In this document: one piece after another, positions 62,120-64,000 of the stretch
Position numbering within the stretch: position 1 is the first letter of the stretch
Layout of the letters: every line of letters begins with the position of its first letter
Source: Squalus acanthias
Lineage: Eukaryota
Length of the DNA: 64,000 nt
Assembly: GCA_030390025.1 (NCBI GenBank)
Contig: JASTWF010000048.1
Coordinates: 1,426,001-1,490,000, forward strand
Reading direction: 5' to 3'
The notes under the pieces: generated by a model
Told to the model about the DNA's origin: nothing
The model's database searches: none
Seen by the model: only the letters and a program-made list of their open reading frames with translations
Position numbers and translations under genes: made by a program

Positions 62120-63504
62120 TGCGAAACCCACCCTCCATCCCATTACTTCGGTCGTTTAGCATCTTCATAGAATGATACAGCAAAGATGACAACGATAGAT
62201 TTAATCGAGGTGTTCAAATTTCAGAGCGGTTTTGATAGAGTAGACTGGACAAATTGATTCCTCTCCGGGCAGGCTCGGTGACCAGAGGGCACAGATTTAA
62301 GGTAATTGGGGAAAATTCAACTGGTAGTTGAGGAGACAGTTTTTTACGCAGCAAGATTTTATGATCGGGAATGCACTTCCTGAAATGGCGCTGGACACAG
62401 ATTAATTGGTAACTTTCGCAAGGGAATTGGACATAAACTTGAAGAGGATAAAAACAGGGCTGTGGGGAATGAGCAGGGCTTTGGGAATAATTGGATAGGA
62501 GAGGCCAAAACCAGGGGCCATAAGTATAAGATAGACATTAATAAATCTAGTAGGGAATCAGGACAAATGTATTTACCCAGTGAGTTTTGAGAATGTGGAA
62601 CTCGCTACCACAGGGAGTGGTGGAGGGAAATAACAGAGCTGCATGTAAGGGGAAGATCGATAAGCACATGAGGGTGAGATGAAGGAGAGAGGGAGGAGAC
62701 TCGTGGGAGGCTAATTGGATCGCTCTTTCAAAGTACCGGCACGGACTGGACTGACCGAGTGGCCTCCTTCTTTGCTGTAGGATTCTATGATTCTTTAAAA
62801 CACGGATCATTGTTGAGTCAAAGTTCTCTCTTGTTTATTCGCTGGGTTGAACTTCTAGTTTCTTTGAAAAAACACTTCAAAAGGCGCCTAGAGTCTGATA
62901 GAGAAGTGGGTAAACGGTATTCAACAGATTTTGTACCCACCGTTAGGAGGCAGGTGTCTTAGCGAAAAACATAACTGGGGAGGCATCACGCCTTTGCACA
63001 GTATGAAACATTCATGACACGTTTAAGGGTTCTAAGATGAATTATTTGCTATGTGTATGGGGCTGTTCGCCTTAGTGAAGGTTAAGAAGAGTTTTACCGG
63101 AATGGTACCAGTGATGTGGGACGTCAGTTATGAGAGAATAAGAATGCTGCGATTGTTCTCCTTTAAGCAGAGAATGCTAATGGGGGATGTGATAGATTTG
63201 TTTTTTATTAATTCGATGTGGGCGTCGCTGACAAGGCCGGCATTTATTGCCCATCCCTAATGGACATTGAGTAGGTGGTGGTGAGCCGCCATCTTGAACA
63301 GCAAGAGGGTAGATAAGTGAACCAGATGGGTTTTTACGACAATCCGGTAGTTTCGTTATTCGTGACACTAGCTTAATAATTCTAGATTCATTTAATTAAC
63401 TGAAATTAAATTCCCCAGCTGCCGTGGTGGATTTGAATTCCTGTCTCTGCTACATTCGTCTAGGCCTCTGGATTACTACTTCAATAATTGTAATCGCTGA
63501 CAAC

Positions 63505-63955
63505 TCGTCATCCCTCTGATTGACAGCGTCACCCCTCACTCTCTGATTGGCATCCCTGCCGCGCCGTCTCTGACTGACAGGTCCACCCCTCCCCTCTCTG
63601 ATTGACAGCTCCACCTCGCCCTATCTGATTGGCATTCCTGTCGCGCCGTCTCTGAATGACAGGTCCGCCCCTCTCCTCTCTGATTGACAGCTCCACCCAC
63701 CCCTCTCTGATTGACGTCTCCGCACCGCACTCTGATTGACAGCACCATCCCGCTCTCTCTGATTGACAGCTAAACCCCACCCTCTCTGATTGAAAGCTCC
63801 GCACCTCCCCTCGCTGATTGACAGCTCCGCCCCGTCTTCTCTGATTGAAAGCTGTGCCATTCCCCTCTCTGATTGACAGCCCTGCAACCCAGTACTGATT
63901 CGCAGCCCTGACACACTAACCCGCATTGAATGTCGAACCCTCTCTCTCTGATCGG
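63505..63955. repeat. About 28-bp CTCTGATTGACAG minisatellite
   Basis: Same family as 49315-50420. Confidence 0.9.
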
Positions 63956-64000
63956 CAGTGAAGAGTGAAGTTGGGAACCGGAAGTTGCAAAGGTGACGTA

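Overview
This window is vertebrate DNA, very probably from a shark or other cartilaginous fish, judged from its CR1 LINEs, Deu-domain tRNA-SINEs, a Penelope element and shark-type minisatellites. It covers part of a germline T-cell receptor variable-gene array, most consistent with the TCR-beta (TRB) V cluster. I find 14 V segments, all on the minus strand and each followed by a 23-bp-spacer recombination signal sequence (RSS). Ten look intact (leader exon, intron, V exon, RSS), one is an ORF with a degenerate RSS nonamer, and three are pseudogenes. There are also two orphan leader/promoter remnants. No D, J, C segment or convincing 12-RSS is present. V1-V14 are my own labels, numbered left to right. 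The array grew by segmental duplication, including three copies of a TRBV30-like 'CAWS' cassette. The most notable observations are: a recurrent ETS+CRE (V-beta-decamer-like) promoter motif; three co-oriented CTCF consensus sites, one 35 bp beyond an RSS; conserved CACAGCG heptamers and spacer motifs; an expanded TRBV30-like clade with His in place of the conserved FR3 Asp; extra cysteines in several V domains; and several minisatellites born in place from transposon fragments. I found no evidence for a wholly new biological system; the novelty is in locus architecture and candidate regulatory elements. Four N-runs of 151-176 bp hide sequence.
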